A stretch of DNA of 64,000 bases from Planctomycetota bacterium (GTDB taxonomy: Bacteria; Planctomycetota; Planctomycetia; Pirellulales; Pirellulaceae). Each line of letters begins with the position of its first letter. The first letter of the stretch is position 1. A program made the translations under genes and the position numbers. The stretch lies in NCBI GenBank assembly GCA_031405895.1, contig JANOFL010000142.1:202-64201 (forward strand). The letters run 5' to 3'. The notes under the pieces were generated by a model. The model made no database searches. It was not told where the DNA came from and saw only the letters and a program-made list of their open reading frames with translations. Of this stretch, positions 44,196 through 54,478 are shown one piece after another.

Positions 44196-45287
44196 ATGAA
44201 TTGGAAACCGATTTGTTTTTTATTGATCGCCTGTTTGACCACGCCGGCAGTCTGGACCACGGCGCAGGAGGCAAGTAACGATCGGGATTTGACCCGCTCC
44301 GATTTTGTTTCTGATGCAAGCCATATCGTCGGGACCCTCATTCCAGCGGATACCGATTACTCGCCCGATTCGATGGCGGCGGCGGGAAACGCGTTCGCTG
44401 AGGCCCTGTCGGGCGACTTGCTCAAACGTGGAGTCCTGGAGCCGGGTGATCCGGAGCGAAAGGAATGGACCAACCTTCCGCCCAAGCCTGACGCGGGGGG
44501 TGTGCGATTGGGCGAATTGAACGCCGAGCAACTGAAGTCGGCTTGCAACCTGATGGCGGCAATCCTGAGCAAGACTGGCTATCAGAAAATGTGCGAGATC
44601 ATGCTGGGGGATGACCAGTTGTTGAACGGCGGTCGCGCTCGTTCCGGGTTTGGGACCGAACAATTTTCGATCATGGTGTTCGGAATCCCTTCGGCAACGG
44701 AACCGTGGGCAGTTCAACTGGACGGGCACCATATCGGGCTGAATGTTTCCATTCATGGGACGGATGTCGGGCTGTCGCCCAGTTTTATCGGTGCCCAGCC
44801 CGAGACTTTTGAAATCGCCGGTCGAAGGTTTCGCCCGTACGCTGGCGAAACCGATGATGCCTATGCGCTGATTGCCACTCTGTCGGATGACCAGCGTCGC
44901 CAGGCAGTTGTCAGTCCCAAGCGGGGCTTCATCCGAACGGGTCCGGGCGCGGATGGAGAAGCACTGAACCCGGAAGGCGTTGAATGCGGCGGATTCGACG
45001 AGGCTCAAAAGGAGAAGCTGAAGAAACTGATTTGGAATTGGGTCGGCATCCTTCCGCCAGCCCACGCAGACAAAAGAATGGAACAGGTAATGGGAGAACT
45101 CGACAAAATGCGATTCTCATGGAATGGTGCAACCGACCCACGCAGCGATGTTTCGTGGACCATCCAGAGCCCAACGCTGATCATTGAGTTTTCCTGCCAG
45201 GAACTGGGTGGCGATCCGCTCAACCATCTTCACTCGATGTATCGCGATCCAACAGCGGAATATGGACGGCAAATCGAACTGAAATAG
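44196..45287 (+). CDS. DUF3500 domain secreted protein
   Basis: Track ORF 44073..45287. Start moved to ATG 44196 (MNWKPICFLLIACLTTPAVWTTAQE, signal peptide). The pattern WTNLPP...GVRLGELNAEQ...LSKTGYQK...FGIPS..EPWAVQLDGHH...FIGAQP is typical of DUF3500. Confidence 0.75.
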   Translation: MNWKPICFLLIACLTTPAVWTTAQEASNDRDLTRSDFVSDASHIVGTLIPADTDYSPDSMAAAGNAFAEALSGDLLKRGVLEPGDPERKEWTNLPPKPDAGGVRLGELNAEQLKSACNLMAAILSKTGYQKMCEIMLGDDQLLNGGRARSGFGTEQFSIMVFGIPSATEPWAVQLDGHHIGLNVSIHGTDVGLSPSFIGAQPETFEIAGRRFRPYAGETDDAYALIATLSDDQRRQAVVSPKRGFIRTGPGADGEALNPEGVECGGFDEAQKEKLKKLIWNWVGILPPAHADKRMEQVMGELDKMRFSWNGATDPRSDVSWTIQSPTLIIEFSCQELGGDPLNHLHSMYRDPTAEYGRQIELK

Positions 45288-45319
45288 AGTCTGGGAAGGA
45301 CCGGCTGAGGTGGACCCCG

Positions 45320-45870
45320 TTATTGGGACCACTGGGCTGGTATTGCTCCGTTAACTACGGTGGTTTGGCGGCGATGAGTGCCTGGACCTCTTTGCCGCAG
45401 AGTGGGCATCGGGCGCACCAGCAGTCCGGGAGTGACTGGAGTTGCTCGCGCAGGAACGGCAGGGTCAGTGGATCGCCACTTTTTTTGGCGGCAGCGAGGG
45501 TTTTGGAGGAATGCGCAGGCCAACAGCACGAATAAGACAGGATGGTTCCAGCCCTGCCATGACCGGCCCTCAAAATGATCCAGGCCAAGTTCGTCCTTCA
45601 GTTCGCGGTAGCCGTGTTCAATCAGCCAGCGGCTCCTGGCCACGGCGACCAGCCGCCTGAGACTCGTGGCGGAGGGCAGATTGCTGAAGAAGTACCTGGC
45701 CGGCTGCTTTTCGTCGGCCGGCCATTCGACCAGCAGGCGGCCAGCGGTTCCCTTCCGGCGGAGAGCTTGTGGGCCGGCCGCACACGCCAAGCGGCGTAGC
45801 GGCCCGTCATCGGTCCTTTCGATCCCGTCCGCCACGTCAGGGCGCGGAAGTCTCTGGGAGGAAGTTTGAA
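45320..45870 (-). pseudogene. IS701-family transposase remnant (5'-truncated, frameshifted)
   Basis: LVEWPADEKQPARYFFSNLP...RWLIEHGYRELKDELGLDHFEGRSWQGW lies in one frame. LTWRTGSKGPMTGRYAAWRVRPA and the Cys-rich tail LTLPFLREQLQSL...CARCPLCGKE lie in other frames. The N-terminal half is absent, and the fragment begins just past the stop codon of the neighbouring kinase gene. Confidence 0.75.
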
Positions 45871-45872
45871 GC

Positions 45873-48800
45873 TCAGTCTTCCAGTGACTGCAACAGGGCC
45901 TTGAAATCTTCGCGGTCCCGCAGCGGGCTCAGACTTGGGTCGGTGTTGACGGACTCCAGGATCTCTGTCCGCTTGTCGGGATGGGCATCGCGCAGCCGCG
46001 TCAGAATCTCCACCGCCTCGGCGGAGTACTCTTCGGCCGTATCTTCGTCGCCGGTGTTTTGGCTGCAAATGGCAAGAATTCTGGCGGCGTCCCTCAGTCC
46101 ATTCGGATTGGTTCGGGCAAGTTCCAGGGCAAACTCGGCAGCTGGACCGGGGTCCAGCCACGCAAGGCAAGTCGCCCGGCGAATCCGGACCACGAGGGAT
46201 GCGGGATCCAGCGCCAGGACCTGGTCCCACGCGGCCAGGGACTGTTCAAAGTCTTCAATCTTCATCAGCGTCAGGGCGCGGGAATACAGGCTGTTGACCA
46301 GAAACTTCCGCACGTCGGCCATTTCGGCATTGCGTTCAAACAATGGCTGCAGCAGCGCAATGGCCCGGTCAAATTGTTGGAGCGCAAGATCGAATTCGCC
46401 GAAGTCGCGACGCGCGATGCCGGCATTGCAGCAGGCACCGGCGAGCGAAATCTGCCAGGCAGGCTGTTCCGGAAAATCCTCGACCAGGCGCTCGAGGAGG
46501 GCCATGGCCCGGTCCAGCTCGAGCTCCGCCTCGCGCGGTTTGCCCATCCGGTTAAGCAAGGCAGCGAACGAAACATGCGTATTCGCCAGTTCGGACTGGT
46601 ATGCCGGGACCGAGGGGAACTCGGCCGCCAGTTTCTGGCGAACGCCGAGCGCTTCCCGGTATTCCACGTCCGCCTGTCCGAACTGCTTCATGTCGGAGAG
46701 CAGGTTGGCCAGGTTGTGGTGGGCGTTGGCGAGGAAACTGTTTCGTTCGGCCGTGGCCGGAGTTGACTCGTCTGTTTCGCCATACAAACCGATGGCCCGG
46801 GTGTAGGCCGCGACAGCTTTTTCGCCGTCGCCCGCCCGGCGATATAGCACGCCCAGATTGACTTCCAGCCGGCCACGGATGTCGAGGGCAAAGGCCGGAT
46901 CAAAAGCGGAATGAACTTCGCAGAGCTCGAGGGCTTCGCGGTAATCGCGCCCGGATTCCTCGAGCCGGCCACTCCGCCCCCGGTGATTCCCCCGTTGCAG
47001 GAAAGTGTGAATGAGCAGCTTGCGGGCATCATGGCTGTTTGCGTCTTCGTTCAGCAACTCCAACAGGGTCTCAATGCTCTTCCCGAAGTCAGTCTCGCAT
47101 TCGCTGTCGTTTCCCGTCCTGGCCCAGGCGTCTCCCCGGTCAACCAGCGTTTCCGCGAGGAGTCGCCGGTATTCGGCGGACGCCGGGAAATCTCCGACCA
47201 GTGAATCGAGTATTTCCAGACTGCGCGAACAACATTCCTGGGCGGATTTCGCGTCGCCCAGGACCAGGTGAATGTGTCCGACCCGTGTGTAGCCCTCCGC
47301 GCGAATGACCCGGCTTTCCGCGTCATCCCCGGCCAGCGTGACCAGCCCCTGGTACTGTTCAATGATCCGCCGCAGAAACGACTTGTCACCCGCGTCCAGT
47401 TCCGTCTGCCTCGCCAGGAGACGCTCGACCGCCGAGTCGGTCAGCGTCCGCAGCGCGCTCATCGCCCCTTCCCGCGCCGCGCGCTCCGATTTCAGGGCGG
47501 AACGAGTCTTCTCCTGTTCCCCGGCCAGCCGTTCGAGCGCCTTGTCCTTGTCGTCCCGTTCGCCTTCGGCAATGACACGCTGCCGATTGGCACCGATCAT
47601 GCCCACGGTGGTCCCGATGCTCCCGGCGACCAGCGCAAGGACCAGCAGGCTTCCCCCGATTGTGGCGGTCCGGTTGCGGCGAACGAACTTGCGAAGGCGG
47701 TATGCCAGCGATGGTGGAGTCGCGTCCACCGGCAAGCCGGCGAGATGTTTTTTCAGGTCGCTGGCCACGGCGCTGGCCGACTGGTACCTGCGGGCCCGGT
47801 CCTTGTCGATCGCTTTCGCCGCAATCCAGTCAAGGTCTCCGCGGAGTTCGGCCGCCAGCCGAATCGGGCTGGCGGCGTAGCGGTTAGCTGAGATGGTTGC
47901 CGGGTCAGGTGTCGAAACGACTCGCGTGCTCGGTCGCTGCGGTTCCACTTCCCGGACCAGCCGCATCAGCTCCAGCGGGCTGGAATCGCCAGGCATTGAC
48001 CGGTTGATCGGCGTTGATCCGGCCAGCAACTGGTACAGCATGACACCCAGCGAGTAGACATCGGATCGCGTATCGACGTCAGCCGGATTCCGCCCCGACT
48101 GTTCGGGGCTCATGTATTCGAGCGTTCCAACCGCCTGGCCCCATTCCGTGTGAAGGGAATTTTCCGTCAGCCGGTTGCCAAGAGCCTTGGCCACGCCGAA
48201 GTCGATGACCCGCGGGACCGCATCGCAAACCGGGATCAGCAACTCGAGCCGCTGGCGAATGTTGAGCCGGTGCGAATCGGCATACAGGACAATCGACTGA
48301 CCGTCGATCAACTCCATTGCGAACCAGGGCTGTTCGAAGCCCAATTCGCCCGAAGCATCAGGCCGTGTCGCTTCCCCGCACAGTGCAGGGCGGGGGTGGA
48401 AATGTCTTCCGGACTTGCGGTTCGGGCAGATGCGGCTCGCGGTGCTGCAGCGTCCGTCGCCGTCTCCGGAGGGCATTCCAGGCGAAAGACGCCGGCGTCG
48501 GGAATGCGGGCGATATTGGGATGGTCCATCAACGCCAGGCTTTGGCGCTCCGCGTCGAAACGGGTCAGGATGTCGCGTGAGTGAATCCCCGGGCGGATGA
48601 GTTCAGTGCCACCCGCCGACGGACCGGACTCTCCTGGGTCGCCTCGAACACGGCTCCCATGCCGCCGTGTCCCAACAGAGCTCCCAGCCGGAACGGTCCA
48701 ATCTGTTGTCCAGGTGCCAGAAAACCGCCCGCGAATACCCCGCTCGCCGGAGGAGACATGGGGATGGCCGGCCGATCCAGAAAATCGCCGGCCGCCTGGT

Positions 48801-48930
48801 GCGACTGGAGCAGGGAAAGGACTTCCTCGCGCAGGCCCGGTTCTTTTTCAAGGGCGCGCTTGAGGAACTCTTCGCGGGAGGAGGCATCCGCCTGGTCGAT
48901 CGCGTCAAGAAAAATGTCTTCCGCTTTCAT
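45873..48930 (-). pseudogene. Decayed Ser/Thr kinase-TPR gene (frameshifts, an insertion and loss of the catalytic loop)
   Basis: The N-terminus and glycine loop (GHGGMGAVFEA..RRRVAL) are in ORF 48565..48930. Subdomains II-III (IRPGIHSRDILTRFDAERQSLALMDHPNIARI) are in a second frame. The rest (WFAMELIDG...) is in ORF 45873..48476, where CDAV runs directly into PRVIDFGVAKA with no HRDLKPSN segment. The TM and TPR part is intact. Confidence 0.7.
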
Positions 48931-49106
48931 GGTGCTCCCGACCCGGCTGGCCGAAGTATAGCCCGGCAGCCGGTTGTTTTTCCAGCCGCGGCCGACAGGC
49001 AGTTCTCGCGATTGAAACGGCAGGCTTCTGCAACTCCCGGTTGCCGCGGGGCAACCGGTTGGAGCAGACTGACTGCGACGCGGGACTGCCTGGCAGCTGG
49101 ACGCGG

Positions 49107-49958
49107 CTATTCCCGCACGTCGATCGATCCGACGTCCAGCACCCGGCTGGCCGAGTCGAGCAGCTGGAACTCGCCCTGGAAGGCGGTCACCGTGCCGCTG
49201 CCGTCGAGTTCAGCAGCGCCACGGGCGACGAGGAATCCGTTTTGGTTGACGCCCACCAGATAGGTCCAGCGATCGGACGAACTCAAGGTCACGTCGAAGC
49301 CGTCGGGGTCGTCGGCTCGACCCAGCCGTCCCGTTGCCGTGCGATTCGCGTCAAATCCGCTGATCACAAGATCTTCGTGGTTCACGACGCCAAGGGCCCC
49401 GTCGAGGCGGGCGGTTTTGTCGCTGGTTGAAATGAACAGGGCATCCTCGATGGGCCGAAGCACGCCAAGGTTGCCGAGATGCTTGCCTTTGGGCAAGGCC
49501 CCGCCCGTCGTGGCCTGGGTAAGCGTGACCTTGCCGAGCAGGGCAAACGATTCGGCGTCGAACTCGCTTTCGGCCAGCTTCAGGCCCCCGCTTGCCGTGC
49601 TGGCCTGCAGCTGGACGTTGCAGTTTCCGCTGGCTGCAAGTGTCCCGGCCGCGAGGAGCGTTGTCGAACGGAGGTTGACCGGATTGGAGAACGAAAACGT
49701 GCCATCCACTTGCCGATTCTCGAGAATGTCGAAATTCAGCAGCGAAGGCAGCGAGGGAACCAAATGGCTGGTCCCGTCCTTGATGCTGGTCGTGCCCACG
49801 AACTCCGACAGATAGCGTTGGGCGAACGACGGGACCGGCAGAACCGCCAGGGCGATCAGGACCAGCCCGGCCAGTGGCAGGGATGACGGTACAGGGGATT
49901 TGCGCTGACCACCGGGGGCGGGGCAATGGACGGCTGTCGAGTGAGAATTCCGGTGCAT
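49107..49958 (-). CDS. Hypothetical secreted protein
   Basis: Track ORF 49107..50315. Start moved to ATG 49958 (MHRNSHSTAV...LPLAGLVLIALAVLPVPSFAQ, signal peptide), with AAGGA upstream. I recognised no motif. Confidence 0.55.
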   Translation of the reverse strand: MHRNSHSTAVHCPAPGGQRKSPVPSSLPLAGLVLIALAVLPVPSFAQRYLSEFVGTTSIKDGTSHLVPSLPSLLNFDILENRQVDGTFSFSNPVNLRSTTLLAAGTLAASGNCNVQLQASTASGGLKLAESEFDAESFALLGKVTLTQATTGGALPKGKHLGNLGVLRPIEDALFISTSDKTARLDGALGVVNHEDLVISGFDANRTATGRLGRADDPDGFDVTLSSSDRWTYLVGVNQNGFLVARGAAELDGSGTVTAFQGEFQLLDSASRVLDVGSIDVRE

Positions 49959-50367
49959 GGCTGATTTTTCCTTGCTCGCGTGGGTGAACTGGAAACCGTA
50001 ACCCGGTATCCTTTCATCAACGCGACTTCTGACCCGAGCGCGCACCAGGACAAGGCGGAATTCAGGTTTCTTGGCCAGAAAGAGTCCGCCCGCCGTGGGA
50101 TGCAGGTGGGCACGGGTGCCGACGAGTCTCCGGGCTGTAGAGCTTTGGGAATCTGCACACAAAGGGATCTTCCGTCCATCGCCCATTGAGCGGCCACCCC
50201 CTCCCCACGCCGTCCTCAAGCGGCTCAATGTCCGCTGCCGCGACGCGGGATAGAGAATGGGTTTGGAACCGGACTTTGGTACCTCCAAAACAAACTGCCG
50301 GGAGACGTTTGTCACCCGGCAGCGTCAGATCTTGGCGTGCGGTCCGCCGTGGCAGACCGTTCGCCCA

Positions 50368-51060
50368 TTACGTTTGTTTTTGACCGCTCCGAGCATGGCC
50401 CCGGCGGTGAGAGGCCAGGCCCAAAACGTTTGCGATGCCCAGCAGCGGGAGGGCGGGCGATTCGGGGACGGACGCCGTCAGGGTTACGTTATCGAGCGGA
50501 GAGATAAAGTTGTTGGATGCACTTCCGTTGAAGAACGTCAAGCTGGTCATGACACCCACAGCCGTAAACGGCACGCTGAAATGTTTCCAGTCGAGCGTGT
50601 TCGCCGGTCCGGTTGGGTTGAAGTAGCTCACGCGAGCACCGCCATCGATGCTCAAATCCACCGTAGCCGGGAAAAAGAACGGACTGGCAGTGGCCGACCC
50701 GACGTAGAACTCAAGAAGGTACTCTTGGCCTGGCACAGTGGTGACAAGCTGCCGCAAGCCACTGCTACTCGAATTGGAAGTGACTCCCGCCATATCGGCC
50801 CACTGGATTCCGGCTTGTGCCTGGAAGGTAACGCCGCCTTGCATAAAGGTGGCACTGACAATCGAAGAGTCAACGCCCACGACCGTCCAGCCTGTGATGG
50901 CTGTCGACCCGGCCCCGAAATTGGTGAACGAGCCGTTTGGGACCGCGGGAAATTCAAAGGAACCGTTGAAGATCAAATCGGCATTGACAACTGACGAGCC
51001 GGTGACGACAAGCGTCAAAATCAGACTTCTGAATGCGTTATTCAATGCTGAGCGAGTCAT
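50368..51060 (-). CDS. DUF642-like PEP-CTERM protein
   Basis: Signal peptide, then LIFNGSFEFPAV...ITGWTV (DUF642 signature). The C-terminus VPESPALPLLGIANVLGLASHRR is PEP-CTERM-like. Confidence 0.75.
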   Translation of the reverse strand: MTRSALNNAFRSLILTLVVTGSSVVNADLIFNGSFEFPAVPNGSFTNFGAGSTAITGWTVVGVDSSIVSATFMQGGVTFQAQAGIQWADMAGVTSNSSSSGLRQLVTTVPGQEYLLEFYVGSATASPFFFPATVDLSIDGGARVSYFNPTGPANTLDWKHFSVPFTAVGVMTSLTFFNGSASNNFISPLDNVTLTASVPESPALPLLGIANVLGLASHRRGHARSGQKQT

Positions 51061-51198
51061 GTCTTTCTCCAGAAAAAGGGTTTTAAGTTGTTTGTCGACC
51101 GGGGTAAATCCGCAGCCGTTCCAGATTGCTTCTGCCGGGAATCGCTCCTCCGGCAGCGCGAATCTGCAAACAAAACTTGCTTGGAGTTTTGATTGACT

Positions 51199-53271
51199 TC
51201 AGCTATTGCGACGTCGACGAGAAGCCACGCCCAGAACAGCTGCGATGCCGACCAGCGCGAGCGCCGACGGCTCGGGGATCGCCGACGTAAACAGCCCGAC
51301 TCCGCCGTTGCCGCCGAAACCGTTGTAGGTGATGAACAGATCGGTCCCGCCAAAATTCCCGACCAGACTTCCTTCGCCAAGACCTGCGAACTGGCCAAAC
51401 AGGCCGCCGTTCACGTCGGCGATCAGGAACTGCATGTCGTTTGACAGGGCAAATCCGTCCCAGAGCGCCACGTCCAGCTGGCTGTTGTCGAGAAGCAGGT
51501 CGCCACCGACGAACAACTGGTCAAAATCGCCTGAGTTCAAGCCTCCCAGTTCCATTAGCAGAGACGCGGTACTGCTCATCACCAGGTCGCCCCCAAAGCT
51601 CATCGAGCCGGGGCTGTTCCCTGGCCGCAGATCGCCTTCCATGAAAACAGTGCCTGCACCGGTGTAACTGCCTCCGCCGGATACTTCGCCAAAGAAAACA
51701 GTCGCGCTGCCCGCGGAGGTCCGAAGCTCGCCGCCATTTTCCTGGGCGAAGTCACCGTAAAAATTGGTCGTCCCATCTCCGCTGGTGACGATCGCAGCAC
51801 CCTCCTGGTTGTAAACGTCACCGTGGATATCCGTGACCCCCTGACTAAATGCCATGACACCCTGGTTGCTCCAGCCGCCCATGGCGACGAATTGACCCCG
51901 GCCTGAAATCATGCCGCCATACAGATTGTTGACCGAATCCGCGACGAACGAGTTGCCAAAGTTATTGACTTCTCCGTTCTCCTCATTCACAAAACCCCCG
52001 CCGAAGCGGACTTGTCCTCCAAAGACATTGATCTGCCCCGCGTTGGTTCCGCCACCGGCAAATCGCATCCGCTCGTTCCCGACCGTTTCGACTTCACCCG
52101 ACGCCGTGTTTCTCAGACCGCTTCCGAGGACTGCGTTTCCATACAGTCCACCGGAATTGACAAGGTTAACCTCAGTCATTTCCAGATTGGAGTTTTGGAG
52201 CGTCGTCATCGAGGCCACGTTGGTGTAACCGGCGTGAAGGACGTTTCCAGCAAGCGAACCACTGGACCCGCTGATCCGGTTCATGCTTGCCAGACTCATC
52301 GTCCCAAACTCAAATCGTCCCCCGTTCAGGTTGACGCTGCTGGCTGAACTGACCGACGTAGTTCCGCCGACCGTGACCAGTCCATCGTCTTCGATGTCGA
52401 GAATTCCGGTTCCCGTTCCGCCAATGATGAGCGCGCCTGTGTTGTTCCACTGGGAGCCAGCTCCGGACACCAAAACGGTGCTGGTTGAGGATTGAAACCG
52501 GCCAATTCCGCCACTCACGCTGGTTACCCGGCCCCCCTCCCTGACTCTCAGCGTGAACCCTTCACCTGCCCCCACTTCCAGCTGGTTCCCAATGTTCCAT
52601 TGCGAGCCGGCTCCGCGCACGCTCGCGTTTCCAGTCGCAAGCACCGTCCACATGCTGTTTAAGACACCACCATCCAGAACGTTCGCGCTACCGGTGACTT
52701 CGAATAACTGGCCTTCCACCGACATCCTTGTACCGGCCGAGTGCAAGCCGTCGAGTGTCAGGCTTGAATTGAAGACTCGCGCCCCGCCCAGACTGCGCAA
52801 ATGGATCCCCCGAAGCGTCAGATCGCTACCGTCCAGAACTGAAAGGTCCGATGAAAATCCCAAGCCACCAGAACCGTTGATCGTCAATTGATGCTGGGGG
52901 CTGGCATCCAGGTTCCGAAATGTAACATTGCCAGCCTGTACTTGCAGAAAGCCCACGGAAGGAGTCAAACTCGCCGTCCCGTTGTCCCACCAGACTTGAT
53001 AGGTTCCAGGCTGCCCAAACCTGGCCGTACCACCTGAGCTTGGCGCTCCAGCAGGGTTCCAGTTCGCGCTCCTGTCGTACCAGGCAAAAGTGTTGCTGGT
53101 GTTGACCCAGTCCCTGATCTGGGCCTGAACTGGCAGGGCCCGACAACTGACGGCGATCACCACCGCCATGATGATCAGACGGGTGACAGATAGGCCTCCT
53201 TGTCGGCAATGTGTGGGTGATGTCGCAGGGGACAATGTGGGCAAGTTGCAAATGGTTTTCGATTGGGTCAT
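51199..53271 (-). CDS. Autotransporter-like beta-helix repeat protein with PEP-CTERM anchor
   Basis: Signal peptide (LIIMAVVIAVSCRALPVQAQ), then WVNTSNTFAWYDRSANWNPAG and repeated G(A/S)GSQWN... units. The C-terminus IPEPSALALVGIAAVLGVASRRRRNS is a canonical PEP-CTERM. An internal ATG start is possible. Confidence 0.8.
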   Translation of the reverse strand: MTQSKTICNLPTLSPATSPTHCRQGGLSVTRLIIMAVVIAVSCRALPVQAQIRDWVNTSNTFAWYDRSANWNPAGAPSSGGTARFGQPGTYQVWWDNGTASLTPSVGFLQVQAGNVTFRNLDASPQHQLTINGSGGLGFSSDLSVLDGSDLTLRGIHLRSLGGARVFNSSLTLDGLHSAGTRMSVEGQLFEVTGSANVLDGGVLNSMWTVLATGNASVRGAGSQWNIGNQLEVGAGEGFTLRVREGGRVTSVSGGIGRFQSSTSTVLVSGAGSQWNNTGALIIGGTGTGILDIEDDGLVTVGGTTSVSSASSVNLNGGRFEFGTMSLASMNRISGSSGSLAGNVLHAGYTNVASMTTLQNSNLEMTEVNLVNSGGLYGNAVLGSGLRNTASGEVETVGNERMRFAGGGTNAGQINVFGGQVRFGGGFVNEENGEVNNFGNSFVADSVNNLYGGMISGRGQFVAMGGWSNQGVMAFSQGVTDIHGDVYNQEGAAIVTSGDGTTNFYGDFAQENGGELRTSAGSATVFFGEVSGGGSYTGAGTVFMEGDLRPGNSPGSMSFGGDLVMSSTASLLMELGGLNSGDFDQLFVGGDLLLDNSQLDVALWDGFALSNDMQFLIADVNGGLFGQFAGLGEGSLVGNFGGTDLFITYNGFGGNGGVGLFTSAIPEPSALALVGIAAVLGVASRRRRNS

Positions 53272-53446
53272 TGGTTTTCACCTGTTCTTGGGTCTTGAGT
53301 TCTTCGTCAACCGGGACGATTCGCGACTGATCGAGCCTGCTTCCTCCGACCGTTACTGCGCGGGACTTGACGATGCGTCGAAGATTCCAGGAATAATCTG
53401 GAGAGTGGCCGGCGGTTGGAGCTGCGGCGTGGGAGTCGGCTCGCGT

Positions 53447-53741
53447 GTAGGGTGCGTGAAGTCTTCGGAACGCACCAGAACACGGTGGTCGGCGAAAACG
53501 GCGGATTGCGCGGCCGCCCCCCGCCCCCCGCCCTCCCCGCACCGCTCAAAGCAGCGGTGGAGGAGGGAGCCGGAATAGAAGAATGAAGTGCCGTCTGCAC
53601 ACTCAGGCGTAGGGTGCGTGAAGTCTTCGGAATGCACCAGAACACGGTAGTCGGCGAAAACGGCGGATTGCGCGGTCACCCCGGCCCCCGCCCTCCCCGC
53701 ACCGCTCAAAGCAGCGGTGGAGGAGGGAGCCGGAAAAGAAC
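53447..53741. repeat. Two copies (period about 162 bp) of a ~135-bp composite element made of a family C hairpin, a spacer and a family B hairpin
   Basis: 53447-53581 and 53609-53741 are near-identical (gtagggtgcgtgaagtcttcggaa(c/t)gcaccagaacacggt(g/a)gtcggcgaaaacggcggattgcgcgg...ccctccccgcaccgctcaaagcagcggtggaggagggagccggaa). They sit in the divergent gap between 53271(-) and 53852(+). Confidence 0.85.
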
Positions 53742-53851
53742 TGGCTTAATGCCCTACACCACTCAAAGTCCGCCTGTGGCAGACGTTGGAGCGGAAGATT
53801 TTTCCAGTTGGCCTGACGCATGACTTTCCGGCGCGCAGTTACAATCCGGGG

Positions 53852-54478
53852 ATGAACCAGTCACCGTCGAATTGGGAGGGGGAGCAGGTCGACGGGGCGG
53901 AAACGCTGCCGGCCTTGCCTGAATTGTTTGAACAGTTTCGTACCCGCCTGCGCACGCTGGTGGAGATGCGGGTCGACCGGCGGATTCGCGCGCGGGTCGA
54001 TGCTTCCGACGTGATTCAGGAGGCTTTTGCCGAGGCGATCCGGCGTTTTCCGGAGTACGAACAAGAAAGGAAAATGACGCCCTACATCTGGCTCCGGTTT
54101 TTGACCCTGCAGCAGCTCACGCTGGCCCACCGCCGGCACCTCGGCGTGAAGGCACGGACGGCGACAGTCGAGCAAAGGCAGGTCGTCGGCGAGGAGACCG
54201 GACTGGAGTCCAGCGCCATGGCGATTTGCCTGGCGGGAGGCGAGAGCACGCCGAGTGTGAAGGTTTCGCGGGCTGAAGAAATTGCGCAGATGACTGCGGC
54301 GCTGGATCAACTGGAGCCGCTGGACCGGGAAGTACTGGCTTTGCGGCATTTTGAACAACTGGAACATGCAGAGATCGGCGAGCTCCTTGAGCTGTCCGCC
54401 GCAGCGGTTTCGTCGAGGTACCGCCGGGCACTGACCAAAATTGGGATGGCAATCAAGAATCAACATGGAAACCGCTGA
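53852..54478 (+). CDS. ECF-type RNA polymerase sigma-70 family factor
   Basis: Track ORF 53786..54478; likely start ATG 53852. Region 2 reads DASDVIQEAFAEAIRRFPEY and region 4 reads LDREVLALRHFEQLEHAEIGELLELSAAAVSSRYRRAL. Confidence 0.85.
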   Translation: MNQSPSNWEGEQVDGAETLPALPELFEQFRTRLRTLVEMRVDRRIRARVDASDVIQEAFAEAIRRFPEYEQERKMTPYIWLRFLTLQQLTLAHRRHLGVKARTATVEQRQVVGEETGLESSAMAICLAGGESTPSVKVSRAEEIAQMTAALDQLEPLDREVLALRHFEQLEHAEIGELLELSAAAVSSRYRRALTKIGMAIKNQHGNR

